Source: Vicinamibacterales bacterium (GTDB taxonomy: Bacteria > Acidobacteriota > Vicinamibacteria > Vicinamibacterales > UBA8438). Taken from it: a DNA stretch of 64,000 bases. The notes under the pieces were generated by a model, which saw only the letters and a list, made by a program, of their open reading frames with translations, had not been told where the DNA came from and did not search any database. The DNA is taken from positions 854,091-918,090 of the forward strand of contig OZ244881.1 in the NCBI GenBank assembly GCA_965221305.1, written 5' to 3'. Made by a program: the position numbers and the translations under genes. Shown piece after piece: positions 26,833 through 36,200 of the stretch. Position 1 is the first letter of the stretch, and every line of letters begins with the position of its first letter.

Positions 26833-27846
26833 GTGAGCAATCGAACCGTCGTGTGGTGCGTGGCCGCAGCCCTGGTGGGCGCGGCGGTGGTTCCCGCGTC
26901 CGGACAGGCGCCGGGCGAGGCCTGGGAGCCTCGCCGGTTGAGCGACGGCCGCCCCGATCTGCAGGGGGTCTGGGACTTCCGCACCGCCACCCCGTTCGAG
27001 CGCCCCGAGGGGCTCGGCGAGACGCTGACCGAGGAGCAGGCGGCGGCCGTCGAGTCGTTCGCGGCGGCGGCCCAGCAGTCGGCCGACCGGCCCCCGGCCG
27101 AGGGCAACGTGGGCGCCTACAACGCCTTCTGGCTAGACTTCGGCACCTCCGTCGGCGACGACCGGCGCTCGTCCCTCATCGTCGATCCCGCGAACGGCCG
27201 CATGCCCGAACGGGTCGAGGGCGCCGCCCGCCAGGCGGGATCGCTCGATGTCGACGTCCCCGGCGAGCGCCCCTGGCGCGTGCGGTCGGCCGGCATCGGG
27301 GCCGACGGCCCCGAGGACCGCGGCCTCGCCGAGCGGTGCCTCGTCGGATTCAATTCCGGCCCCCCGATGATGCCGAGCGCCTACAACAACAACATGCAGC
27401 TCTTCCAGAACGAGGACCACGTGGTCATCCTGAACGAGATGGTCCACGACGCCCGCATCATCCCCCTCGATTCGCGCGACCATCTGCCTCCCACCGTGCT
27501 CCAGTTGAACGGCGACTCCCGCGGCCGTTGGGAGGGCGACACCCTGGTCGTCGAGAGCCGCAACTACTCGGACATGCGGGCGAGTTTCGAGCCGAACGCG
27601 CTGGTCGCGCTGGGCCTCGGCTCGACCCTGCGGCTGACCGAGCGGTTCACTCGGGTGAGCGACGACACGCTGCTCTACGAGTACACCGTCGACGACCCTT
27701 CGACGTTCACGGCGCCGTTCACCGCCGCGCTGCCGATGCGGCGCTCGGACTCGCTCATCTACGAGTACGCGTGCCACGAGGGCAACTACGGCATGATCAA
27801 CGCCCTGAGCGGGGCGCGGGCGGCCGACGCGTCGTCGGGGCGGTAG
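26833..27846 (+). CDS. Secreted conserved hypothetical protein, paralog of 10888..11877
   Basis: Starts at GTG 26833, 6 nt after AGGAGA, with a signal peptide. It shares blocks with the paralog (NNNMQLFQNEDHVVILNEMVHDARIIP, EYACHEGNYG). Confidence 0.7.
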   Translation: MSNRTVVWCVAAALVGAAVVPASGQAPGEAWEPRRLSDGRPDLQGVWDFRTATPFERPEGLGETLTEEQAAAVESFAAAAQQSADRPPAEGNVGAYNAFWLDFGTSVGDDRRSSLIVDPANGRMPERVEGAARQAGSLDVDVPGERPWRVRSAGIGADGPEDRGLAERCLVGFNSGPPMMPSAYNNNMQLFQNEDHVVILNEMVHDARIIPLDSRDHLPPTVLQLNGDSRGRWEGDTLVVESRNYSDMRASFEPNALVALGLGSTLRLTERFTRVSDDTLLYEYTVDDPSTFTAPFTAALPMRRSDSLIYEYACHEGNYGMINALSGARAADASSGR

Positions 27847-28050
27847 ACGCGACGCGTGGAGGTCTCATCGGCGCCGGGCGCTCCGTCGTTCGACCCGCGC
27901 ACAGGGACGAGGTTCGGGAGTCGCTTGCCGAGGACGGTCGTCGGATGACGGCGCTCTAGGGACGAGACGCGGGAGGCTCCGATGGCCCGATCGCCGGGGT
28001 GGGTTGCGCCACGCGGGCCGAGGGCCTACCATCACCCTTCGGGAGATGCC

Positions 28051-31000
28051 ATGCGTATGACGATTCTGCGGGTGTTGACGGTGCTGGGCGCGACGGTGGC
28101 GGCGGGGCTCCACTTGGACCGCGGTCCGGAAGCGGCCTTCGCCCAGGCGCCCGAGCCGGTCGAGTTCCACCGCGACGTGCGGCCGGTGCTCGCCGAGGCG
28201 TGCTTCGCCTGCCACGGGGCGTCCGAGGCGACCCGACAGGCCGAGCTGCGGCTCGACACCGTCGATTTCATCGAGACCCACGTGCGGCCCGGCGACGCCG
28301 AAGGCAGCCCGCTGTTCCAGCGGCTGACGACGGAGGAGCCGGTCGCCCTCATGCCGCCGGCCTCGTCGGGGCGGTCGCTGACGCTCGACCAGGTCCAGCT
28401 CGTGCGGACCTGGATCGACCAGGGCGCGCATCTCGGCGCCGCCCCCGCGGCGGCGGGCGCCGCCTCGGCCGCGGCGGCCGGGCGCACCGTCGACTTCACC
28501 CGCGAGGTGCGGCCTCTCCTGGCCGAGAGCTGCTTCTCGTGCCACGGGCCCGACGAGGCGACGCGCCAGGCCGGCCTCCGGCTCGACGTGCCCGAGGGCC
28601 CGTTCGCGGACCGCGGCCGCTACGGCGGCCCCGCCGTGATCGCCGGAGACTCGGCCGCGAGCCTCCTCGTGCACCGCGTGTCGGCTGACGATGCCCGGGT
28701 GCGGATGCCCCGCGGCGGCGAGGCCCTCGACGAGGCCGAGGTCGAGACCCTGCGCCTCTGGATCGACCAGGGCGCGGCGTGGGAGTCGCACTGGGCGTTC
28801 ATTCCGCCCGAACGGCCCGCCGTGCCCCCCGTCGCCGACGTCGGGTGGCCGCGCAACGACATCGACAACTTCGTGCTGCGGCGGATCGAGGCGGAGGGCC
28901 TGGTCCCGTCCGACGAGGCCGACCGCGCGACCCTGCTGCGCCGCGTCACCCTCGACCTCACCGGCGTGCCCCCGACCCCCACCGAGATCGCCGATTTCCT
29001 GAACGACGATTCCGCCGACGCCTACGAGGAAGCCGTCGACCGGTTGCTCGCGTCGCCGCGTTACGGCGAGCGCATGGCCGTGGAGTGGCTCGACGCCGCC
29101 CGTTACGCCGACACCAACGGCTACCAGACCGACGGCGAGCGGTCGATGTGGCGCTGGCGCGACTGGGTCATCGACGCCTACAACGCCAACATGCCGTTCG
29201 ACCGGTTCACGATCGAGCAGCTCGCGGGCGACATGCTGCCCGACGCGACCCTGGAGCAGCGCGTCGCCACCGCGTTCAACCGCAACCACAGCCTGAACAG
29301 CGAGGGCGGCATCGTCGTCGACGAGTTCCTCGCCGAGTACGGCGTGGACCGCGTGTCGACCACCGGCACCGTCTGGATGGGCCTGACCCTGGGCTGCGCG
29401 CGCTGCCACGACCACAAGTTCGACCCGATCTCGCAGCAGGAGTTCTACGAGGTCATGGCGAACTTCAACAACATCCCCGAGCGGGGCAAGGGCTTCAAGT
29501 ACGTGAACTCGCCGCCCCTGGTGACCGCGCCGACGGGCGAGCAGCAGGCCGAGCTGGACGCGCTCGACGCCGAGCTCGCCGAGGCGCGGGCGGCGCTCGC
29601 CGCCCTCGACGCCGAGGCCGCGGCGGCGCAGGCCGAGTGGGAGGCCTCGCTCGACCGGGCGGGGCCGGTCGACTGGAACCTCCGCGACGGGCTGCTCGCG
29701 TACCACGCCTTCGAGGGGACCATCGACGGCATCCAGACGTCGACGGACGTGCCCGCGGTGCTCGAGGACGGACTGCCGCAGTTCTACCCCGGCGTCCTCG
29801 GCTACGCCGCGAGCTTCGACGGGCGGCGCTTCGTCAACGCCGGCGACCACCCCGACGTCGGCTACGACGACGCGTTCAGCCTCGCGGCGTGGATGTACCC
29901 GACGGCCGAGAACGGCGTGGTCGTCTCGCGCGCGGCCGGCGGCGACCAGGGGGAGGTCGGCTGGGGCCTCTATCTGGAGGACGGCAGGATCCGGATGAAC
30001 CTGTCGACCCGCGTCCTCGACGACGGGGTCGCGGCGGAGACCATCGGGGAGGTCGCCCTCGGCCGGTGGCAGCACGTCGTCGCCACCTACGACGGCTCGA
30101 AGACCCCCGAGGGCATCCGCATCTACGTCGACGGCCGCCTGCAGGCGACCGAGCCTCTGCTCGACCTCGTCGGCAACCGGCTGCCCGCCACCCGCTATCC
30201 CCTCCGCATCGGGGCGAGCGGGTCGGACAAGCCGCGGTTCCGGGGCAACCTCGACGAAGTCCGCGTCTACGAGGGCGCGCTCTCTCCGGCCGAGGCCGCG
30301 GTGGTCGCGACCCCCGAGACCCTCGGCCGGATCGCCCTCCTCGAGCCCGGGCAGCGGACCGCGGCCCAGGCCGACAAGCTGCGCCTCGCGTTCCTCGACC
30401 AGTACGCGCCGGCGGCGGTCCAGGCGGCGGTGCGCGACGTGGCCCGGCTCGAGCGGCAGCGCGACGAGCTGTGGGCGAGCTTCCCGACCGTCATGGTCAT
30501 GGAGGAGCGGACCGTCCGCAAGCCCACCTACCGGCTGAACCGCGGCGCCTACGACAACCCCGCCGAAGAGGTGTTCCCCGGCGTGCCCGCGGTCCTGCCG
30601 CCGCTGCCGGAGGGTGTCGAGGCCAACCGCCTGTCGTTCGCGCGGTGGCTCGTCGACCCCGGGCATCCCCTGACGGCCCGGGTCACGGTGAACCGGTTCT
30701 GGCAGATGTACTTCGGGACCGGCCTCGTGAAGACGGCCGAGAACTTCGGCGCCCAGGGCGAGTTCCCCAGTCATCCCGAGCTGCTCGACTGGCTCGCCGT
30801 CGAGTTCGTCGAGTCGGGCTGGGACGTCAAGGCGTTGCAGCGCGCCATCGTGACGAGCGCCGCCTACCGCCAGGCGTCGCACGTGACGGCCGACGAGTTC
30901 GAGAGCGACCCCGAGAACCGGCTGCTCGCGCGCGGACCCCGGCTGCGCCTCCCGGCCCCGATGATCCGCGACCAGGCCCTCGCCGTGTCCGGCCTCCTCG

Positions 31001-31569
31001 TCGAGCGGGTCGGGGGGCCGTCGGTCAAGCCGTATCAGCCGGAAGGCCTCTGGGCCGACATGGTCGAGGGGGGCTACGGCGACTACGTGCAGGCGACCGG
31101 CGACGACCTCTACCGCCGCAGCCTCTACACGTTCTGGAAGCGCACCCTCGGGCCGCCGACGATGATGACGTTCGACGCGTCGACCCGGGAGACGTGCATC
31201 GTACGCACCGGCCGCACCAACACGCCGCTCCAGGCCCTGAACCTGATGAACGACGTGACCTACGTCGAAGCGGCCCGCCGCCTCGCCGAGCGCATGATGA
31301 CCGAGGGAGGCGAGACCCCGGAGGACCGCATCGGCTATGCGTACCTCCTGTCCACCGCCCATCGGCCCCCGCCGGCCGCGCGCGACATTCTGGTGGACGG
31401 CTACCGGCGCCACCTCGACCGCTACCAAGCCGACCGCGGCGCCGCCCTCGATCTCGTCAGCCAGGGCGAGTCGGGGCGCGACGAGACGTTGGACGTAGCC
31501 GAGCTGGCGTCCTACACCATGATCGCCAACCTGATCCTGAACTTCGACGGCACGATCACGAAGGAATAG
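28051..31569 (+). CDS. PSCyt (Planctomycete cytochrome c) / DUF1549 / LamG-like / DUF1553 (PSD1) protein
   Basis: ORF trimmed to ATG 28051. It has two CxxCHG motifs (CFACHG, CFSCHG), a DUF1549-like region ([12 protein letters not shown]), the LamG-like string LDEVRVY, and a DUF1553-like C-terminus. Confidence 0.85.
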   Translation: MRMTILRVLTVLGATVAAGLHLDRGPEAAFAQAPEPVEFHRDVRPVLAEACFACHGASEATRQAELRLDTVDFIETHVRPGDAEGSPLFQRLTTEEPVALMPPASSGRSLTLDQVQLVRTWIDQGAHLGAAPAAAGAASAAAAGRTVDFTREVRPLLAESCFSCHGPDEATRQAGLRLDVPEGPFADRGRYGGPAVIAGDSAASLLVHRVSADDARVRMPRGGEALDEAEVETLRLWIDQGAAWESHWAFIPPERPAVPPVADVGWPRNDIDNFVLRRIEAEGLVPSDEADRATLLRRVTLDLTGVPPTPTEIADFLNDDSADAYEEAVDRLLASPRYGERMAVEWLDAARYADTNGYQTDGERSMWRWRDWVIDAYNANMPFDRFTIEQLAGDMLPDATLEQRVATAFNRNHSLNSEGGIVVDEFLAEYGVDRVSTTGTVWMGLTLGCARCHDHKFDPISQQEFYEVMANFNNIPERGKGFKYVNSPPLVTAPTGEQQAELDALDAELAEARAALAALDAEAAAAQAEWEASLDRAGPVDWNLRDGLLAYHAFEGTIDGIQTSTDVPAVLEDGLPQFYPGVLGYAASFDGRRFVNAGDHPDVGYDDAFSLAAWMYPTAENGVVVSRAAGGDQGEVGWGLYLEDGRIRMNLSTRVLDDGVAAETIGEVALGRWQHVVATYDGSKTPEGIRIYVDGRLQATEPLLDLVGNRLPATRYPLRIGASGSDKPRFRGNLDEVRVYEGALSPAEAAVVATPETLGRIALLEPGQRTAAQADKLRLAFLDQYAPAAVQAAVRDVARLERQRDELWASFPTVMVMEERTVRKPTYRLNRGAYDNPAEEVFPGVPAVLPPLPEGVEANRLSFARWLVDPGHPLTARVTVNRFWQMYFGTGLVKTAENFGAQGEFPSHPELLDWLAVEFVESGWDVKALQRAIVTSAAYRQASHVTADEFESDPENRLLARGPRLRLPAPMIRDQALAVSGLLVERVGGPSVKPYQPEGLWADMVEGGYGDYVQATGDDLYRRSLYTFWKRTLGPPTMMTFDASTRETCIVRTGRTNTPLQALNLMNDVTYVEAARRLAERMMTEGGETPEDRIGYAYLLSTAHRPPPAARDILVDGYRRHLDRYQADRGAALDLVSQGESGRDETLDVAELASYTMIANLILNFDGTITKE

Positions 31570-31675
31570 CGCGAGTCGGGGCGCGGCGAGACCGTCGGCG
31601 CGGCCGAGCCCGCGTCGCCCCGGCGGTCGCCACCCGATGCTGAACTTCGGCGGCAGGCTCACCAAAGGAATGACG

Positions 31676-33145
31676 ATGGACGCGCACCTCGAACGCCTCA
31701 TGACCCGGCGGCGGTTCTTCGAGCTCACGAGCACCGGCATCGGGACGGCGGCCCTGGCGACCCTGTTCGGGCAGGACCTCGCGGCCCAGGTCCCCGGCGG
31801 CGGCGCCCCCGGGGCGGCGGCCGGCTTCGGGGCCCTGCCCGGCCTGCCCCACCACGCGCCGAAGGCGAAGCGCATCATCTACCTGTTCCAGTCCGGCGCC
31901 CCGTCGCAGCACGAGTTGTGGGACTACAAGCCGGCCCTCGCGCGGATGGTCGGCGAGGACCTGCCGCCGTCGGTGCGCGGCGACCAGCGCGTCACCACGA
32001 TGACGGCGGGGCAGGAGCGGTTCCCGCTCGTGCCGTCGATGTTCGAGTTCAGGCAGCACGGCGCCACGGGCACGTGGGTCAGCGACCTCATGCCCCACAC
32101 CGCCAAGATCGTCGACGAGCTGACGTTCATCAAGTCGATGCACACCGAGGCGATCAACCACGACCCCGGCATCACCTTCTTCCAGACGGGGGCCCAGCTC
32201 GCGGGGCGGCCCAGCATGGGGGCCTGGCTCTCCTACGGCCTCGGCAGCATGAACGCCGACTTGCCGACCTTCGTCGCGATGATCTCGAAGGGCTCGGCCC
32301 AGACCGGCCAGCCCCTCTACGACCGCCTGTGGGGCAGCGGCTTCCTGCCCACCCGCTACCAGGGGGTGAAGTTCCTCTCGACCGGCGACCCCGTGCTGTA
32401 CCTGTCGAACCCGGCCGGCGTCGACCCCGGCACGCGCCGCCGCTTCCTCGACGACCTCGGGGCCCTGAACCGCCTGAAGGAGGCCGAGTACGGCGACCCC
32501 GAGACGAGCACGCGCATCGCCCAGTACGAGATGGCGTACCGCATGCAGAGCTCGGTGCCCGAGCTGACCGACCTGTCGGACGAGCCCGACAGCACCTTCG
32601 AGCTCTACGGCCCCGACTCGCGCACCCCCGGCACCTTCGCCCGCAACTGCCTGCTCGCCCGGCGGCTCGCCGAGCGCGACGTCCGGTTCATCCAGTGCTT
32701 CCACCGCGGGTGGGACCAGCACACCCGCCTGCCCCAGGGCATCCGGCGCCAGGCGAAGGACGTCGACCAGGCCCAGGCCGCCCTCGTGACGGATCTCAAG
32801 CAGCGCGGCCTCCTCGACGACACCCTCGTCGTCTGGGGCGGCGAGTTCGGCCGCAGCGCCTACTGCCAGGGCGTCTTCACCGAGGACACCTACGGCCGCG
32901 ACCACCACCCCCGCTGCTTCACCATCTGGATGGCCGGCGGCGGCGTCAAGCCCGGCGTCACCCACGGCGCGAGCGACGATTTCTCGTACAACATCGTCCG
33001 CGACCCCGTGCACATCCACGACCTGCACGCCACGATGCTGCACCTCCTCGGCATCGACCACACGCGGCTGACCTACGCCTACCAGGGGCGGAACTTCCGC
33101 CTGACCGACGTGGCGGGCAGGGTCGTGGACCCGATTCTGGCGTGA
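31676..33145 (+). CDS. DUF1501 (sulfatase-fold) protein with a twin-arginine signal
   Basis: It has the Tat motif TRRRFFE and DUF1501 strings (GGEFGR, RDHH). The start could be 31670 or 31676. Confidence 0.85.
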   Translation: MDAHLERLMTRRRFFELTSTGIGTAALATLFGQDLAAQVPGGGAPGAAAGFGALPGLPHHAPKAKRIIYLFQSGAPSQHELWDYKPALARMVGEDLPPSVRGDQRVTTMTAGQERFPLVPSMFEFRQHGATGTWVSDLMPHTAKIVDELTFIKSMHTEAINHDPGITFFQTGAQLAGRPSMGAWLSYGLGSMNADLPTFVAMISKGSAQTGQPLYDRLWGSGFLPTRYQGVKFLSTGDPVLYLSNPAGVDPGTRRRFLDDLGALNRLKEAEYGDPETSTRIAQYEMAYRMQSSVPELTDLSDEPDSTFELYGPDSRTPGTFARNCLLARRLAERDVRFIQCFHRGWDQHTRLPQGIRRQAKDVDQAQAALVTDLKQRGLLDDTLVVWGGEFGRSAYCQGVFTEDTYGRDHHPRCFTIWMAGGGVKPGVTHGASDDFSYNIVRDPVHIHDLHATMLHLLGIDHTRLTYAYQGRNFRLTDVAGRVVDPILA

Positions 33146-33164
33146 GGGAATTCTGGCGTGACGG
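33133..33164 (+). repeat. 16-bp tandem duplication including the DUF1501 gene stop codon
   Basis: ATTCTGGCGTGA occurs at 33134-33145, where it contains the real stop, and again at 33150-33161. Confidence 0.85.
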
Positions 33165-33352
33165 AGAGCGGCACCGGCAGGTTCGTGTCGCTGACGCGTC
33201 TGGAGAGGGCCGTCTGTTGAGTCAACCGGTTGTCGTGATCCGGAGCGGCTAGAAGGCGGCCGCGCCCTGCTGCAAGGCTCGGGTCCAGAGCTGGGCCTCC
33301 GGCGCGAGATCGTCGCGCGCACGGGCGACCGGCGGCAGGCCGAGCGCCTGTG

Positions 33353-33774
33353 CACGACCAAGCCCTGCTGCGGGAGGTCATGAACACCGTCGGCCGGCCC
33401 GGCGCCTTCGGCGGGTCCGTCCGCTGCGTGGTCCCATCTCGATGGTGACCGAGGGCTGAGACGCCCGCACCGTCACCCACATCCTGGGCGTGCGCGCCTT
33501 CGGCACCCAGCTGCTCTGCGAGCAGGTCGTCGGGCGCGCCCTGCGCCGGCAGTCGTACGACATCAACGAGCACGGTCTGTTCGACGTCGAGTACGCCGAC
33601 GTGCTCGGCATCCCCTTCGACTTCACGGCCAAGCCGACGCTGGCCTTCGCCGAGCTGACCGATGTCTACGCCATGGAGGAAGACTTCGAGGCGGCGGTAA
33701 GGGTGCGGTTCCAGGCGGTGGTCGAGCAGGCGGATGAGCTATCCGCGGTGGCGCTGGCTCGGTCTCGGCGCTAA
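33353..33774 (+). pseudogene. C-terminal fragment of a type III restriction enzyme Res / DEAD-helicase subunit, disrupted
   Basis: The hand translation reads LLREVMNTVGRPGAFGGSVRCVV, then a 1-nt frameshift, then ISMVTEG, then TGA at 33457-33459 where Trp is expected, then DARTVTHILGVRAFGTQLLCEQVVGRALRR. This covers only the helicase motif V/VI region. No N-terminal part is present. Confidence 0.7.
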
Positions 33775-33792
33775 CTTGTCGGCGCTAACTTG
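33765..33792 (+). repeat. 14-bp tandem duplication including the stop of the res-fragment ORF
   Basis: TCGGCGCTAACTTG occurs at 33765-33778 and again at 33779-33792. Confidence 0.85.
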
Positions 33793-33825
33793 ACGGTGAG
33801 TGGTCAACGGCATAGGCTAGTTCAT

Positions 33826-34086
33826 ATGCCTGCATCGTCCAACGCGCACTCCCCTGTCCGCCGCGTGCGGTTGTTCCGTAATGGACGCAACCAGGCGCTG
33901 CGGATTCCCCGCGAATTCGAGCTGGAGGGGTCAGAGGCCATCCTGCGGCGGGAGTCGGACTGCCTGGTCATCGAGCCTGTCCGTCGGGGGCGGCTGCTCC
34001 GCCTGCTGGCCGACCTGCCGCCCCTGGCGGAAGCGTTCCCCGACGTGGACGGCACGCTCGGGCCGCTCGACGATGTGGACGTGTGA
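33826..34086 (+). CDS. vapB: VapB-type antitoxin (AbrB/SpoVT fold)
   Basis: 86-aa ORF starting at ATG 33826, with the string VRLFRNGRNQALRIPREFEL. Its end overlaps the following PIN gene. Confidence 0.8.
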   Translation: MPASSNAHSPVRRVRLFRNGRNQALRIPREFELEGSEAILRRESDCLVIEPVRRGRLLRLLADLPPLAEAFPDVDGTLGPLDDVDV

Positions 34087-34526
34087 CCGTGCCGCGACGG
34101 TTTCTGCTCGACACGAACGTCGTTTCCGACGTGGCGCGGTTTCCGCAGGGTCCGGTCGCCGCTCGCATCGCGGCGGTCGGCGAGGCTCAGGTGTGCACCA
34201 GCATCGTGGTGGCCGCCGAGTTGCGCTACGGGGCCGCCCGCAAGGGGTCCGAACGCCTGATCCGACGCATCGACGTCATTCTCTCGGGGCTCGACGTCCT
34301 GCCGTTCGACGCGCCGGCCGACCTGCACTACGCCGAGTTGCGAACGCACCTCGAGCGTCACGGCACACCGATCGGTCCGAACGACATGCTAATCGCCGCC
34401 CAGGCGTTGGCCTCGGACCTGACGGTGGTCACGGCGAACGGCGCCGAGTTCCGCCGGGTGCCCGGACTGCTCGTCGAGGACTGGCGGGCCGGGGCGGGTC
34501 CCGCCGTGCCGCGTTTCCCGCGTTGA
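34083..34526 (+). CDS. vapC: PIN-domain toxin VapC
   Basis: 147-aa ORF with FLLDTNVVSD near the N-terminus. It overlaps vapB by 4 nt. Confidence 0.85.
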   Translation: MTVPRRFLLDTNVVSDVARFPQGPVAARIAAVGEAQVCTSIVVAAELRYGAARKGSERLIRRIDVILSGLDVLPFDAPADLHYAELRTHLERHGTPIGPNDMLIAAQALASDLTVVTANGAEFRRVPGLLVEDWRAGAGPAVPRFPR

Positions 34527-34713
34527 CGAGGCGGCGGCATGCCGGGTCGGCAGTGAGGCGACGCCGGCATGCCGACGGTTGACATGTTCCTCGGCGAGAG
34601 CCTGGAGGACCGCAGCATCGCCGACGCATCGACGGGCTGACGGTCGTCGACGCACGGGACGCACGGGACGCGAAGAACAGATATCCGGTATCATTACCGG
34701 AAAGAAGGGAGGC

Positions 34714-34995
34714 GTGGCGAAGAGGCAAACGCTCGCCGTGCGTGACTATCGCGACCGGCTGAAGCGAGGCGGATGGGTCCGTTGCGAGGTCAAGGTGCGC
34801 CACGACGACGTCGAGCTCATTCGCACCGTGGCCACCGCGCTGCGCGATCCGGATCGCCACGCCGCCACGCGTGCACTGCTGCGTGACCGTTTGGGTGGCC
34901 CGCGCCCGCGCGGCTTCAGGGAGCTGCTCGCCTCGTGTCCGGTCGACCTCGACATCGATCGGCCCCGCGATCTCGGTCGCGACATCGGGGTTTGA
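34714..34995 (+). CDS. VapB/FitA-like antitoxin
   Basis: Starts at GTG 34714 after GAAGGGAGG. The C-terminal tail ...DIDRPRDLGRDIGV is typical of PIN-partner antitoxins. Its stop overlaps the next gene's start (TGATG). Confidence 0.6.
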   Translation: MAKRQTLAVRDYRDRLKRGGWVRCEVKVRHDDVELIRTVATALRDPDRHAATRALLRDRLGGPRPRGFRELLASCPVDLDIDRPRDLGRDIGV

Positions 34996-35405
34996 TGTTC
35001 CTCCTCGACACCAACGTCATCTCGGAAGTGCGCAAGGCGGACCGTTGCAACGCCGGCGTGGCCAAGTGGTTCTCCGGCGTGAACGATGCCGACCTGTTCA
35101 TCAGCGTCGTTGTGACCGGCGAGATCCGGCAAGGCATCGAGCGCCTCCGCCGGCGCGATTCCCGCCAGGCGGAGACCCTCGAGCGTTGGCTAGTGGACGT
35201 CGTGACGTCGTACGCCGACCGCGTCCTGCCGATTGACGGTCGCGTCGCCGACGCCTGGGGCCGCCTGGGCGCCGTCCGTCCGGTGCCGGTCATCGACGGG
35301 CTTCTGGCCGCCACCGCCCGTGTGCACGACATGACCCTCGTCACCCGCAACGCCCCGGACGTCGAGGGTCTCGGCGCCCAGGTCCTGAATCCCTTCGACG
35401 CGTGA
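34995..35405 (+). CDS. vapC: PIN-domain toxin (VapC/FitB-like)
   Basis: 136-aa ORF starting at ATG 34995, beginning MFLLDTNVISE and containing TRN near the C-terminus. Confidence 0.85.
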   Translation: MFLLDTNVISEVRKADRCNAGVAKWFSGVNDADLFISVVVTGEIRQGIERLRRRDSRQAETLERWLVDVVTSYADRVLPIDGRVADAWGRLGAVRPVPVIDGLLAATARVHDMTLVTRNAPDVEGLGAQVLNPFDA

Positions 35406-35527
35406 TGCGCGCGCGGTCTCGTTCGCGGCGTGGCGCCCTGACGGCACATCGCGACCGACGAGTTCGAGCTGTAGCACGGCCGTGCGGTCGTACAATGCCG
35501 GGTGAGTCCATCCACGGTTCCGCTGCC

Positions 35528-35842
35528 ATGCTCAAGAGGCGAGCCACGAAGTCCGAGGCGCTCAGGCCCGGCGGGGCGTCGCGCAAGAACATCCCGACCG
35601 CCGAGTTCCGGCCGGTGATGGCTCGGTCCGAGCAGAGTCCCGTCCGGGTGGCCTACGAGCGGCGCAACCACGACCTCGACCCGCAGCTCGTCTGGCGCGG
35701 CAAGGACGCGCAGAACGCGTCTGACCTCGTCGTGCAGGCGCCGCCGCTCTACATCCAGGAGAGGGTGCACCCCAAGGTGCTCGTCGACGACCTGCGCCGG
35801 CAGCAGGGAACGGCACTGGAACGCGACAGGGCGAACGAGGGG
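35528..35842 (+). pseudogene. N-terminal fragment (~100 aa) of a type III R-M Mod-like DNA methyltransferase
   Basis: The strings RKNIPTAEFRPVM...LDPQLVWRGKD...APPLYIQERVHPKVLVDDLRR match the conserved N-terminus of type III Mod proteins. No catalytic domain follows. It reads in frame into a HicB-like segment. Confidence 0.6.
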
Positions 35843-36073
35843 ATGCGCATGGGGTACACCGCGGTCGTGAAGCAATCCGGGGAATGGTGGATCGGCTGGA
35901 TCGAGGAAATTCCGGGGGTCAACTGCCAGGAGCGCACGCATGAGGAATTGCGGCGAAGCCTCGCAGTTGCGCTTGCGGAAGCGTTGGAGTTCAGACACGG
36001 AGAGATCAACGATGTCCTGGCTCGCAAGATCTGTCGCGACCTCGGCGTCGATGCGATCGGACGAAGCAGGTAG
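35843..36073 (+). CDS. HicB-like antitoxin segment (UPF0150) with an aberrant C-terminal tail
   Basis: The string MRMGYTAVVKQSGEWWIGWIEEIPGVNCQERTHEELRRSLAVALAEALEF is typical of short HicB proteins. It shares a reading frame with the Mod fragment, and no hicA partner is seen. Confidence 0.55.
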   Translation: MRMGYTAVVKQSGEWWIGWIEEIPGVNCQERTHEELRRSLAVALAEALEFRHGEINDVLARKICRDLGVDAIGRSR

Positions 36074-36200
36074 GCGCAGAGGGCGGCCGGCCGGCTTCGT
36101 CGCGACGGGACGTGCAGGATGGGTTGCGTCCGAAGTGCGCGCGGCGCCCGCCGCAGCGGGCGACCTGCCCGGACGGTATTCGGGCGGGTGACGATCGACG

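Noticed and set aside
33457-33459. TGA read as Trp (genetic code 4/25) in the Res fragment
   Set aside because: TGA clearly terminates many well-supported genes in this window, for example at 6160, 33145, 37337 and 58475. A nonsense mutation in a decaying gene is the simpler reading.
33490-33774. The 94-aa ORF as an intact small gene
   Set aside because: It is the tail of a helicase/Res-like reading frame that continues upstream through a stop and a frameshift. I annotate it as a pseudogene fragment.
35402-36073. The 223-aa ORF as one bona fide protein
   Set aside because: Its segments match unrelated families (Mod N-terminus, HicB, a foreign tail). I treat it as a chimera. The HicB part may still be expressed.
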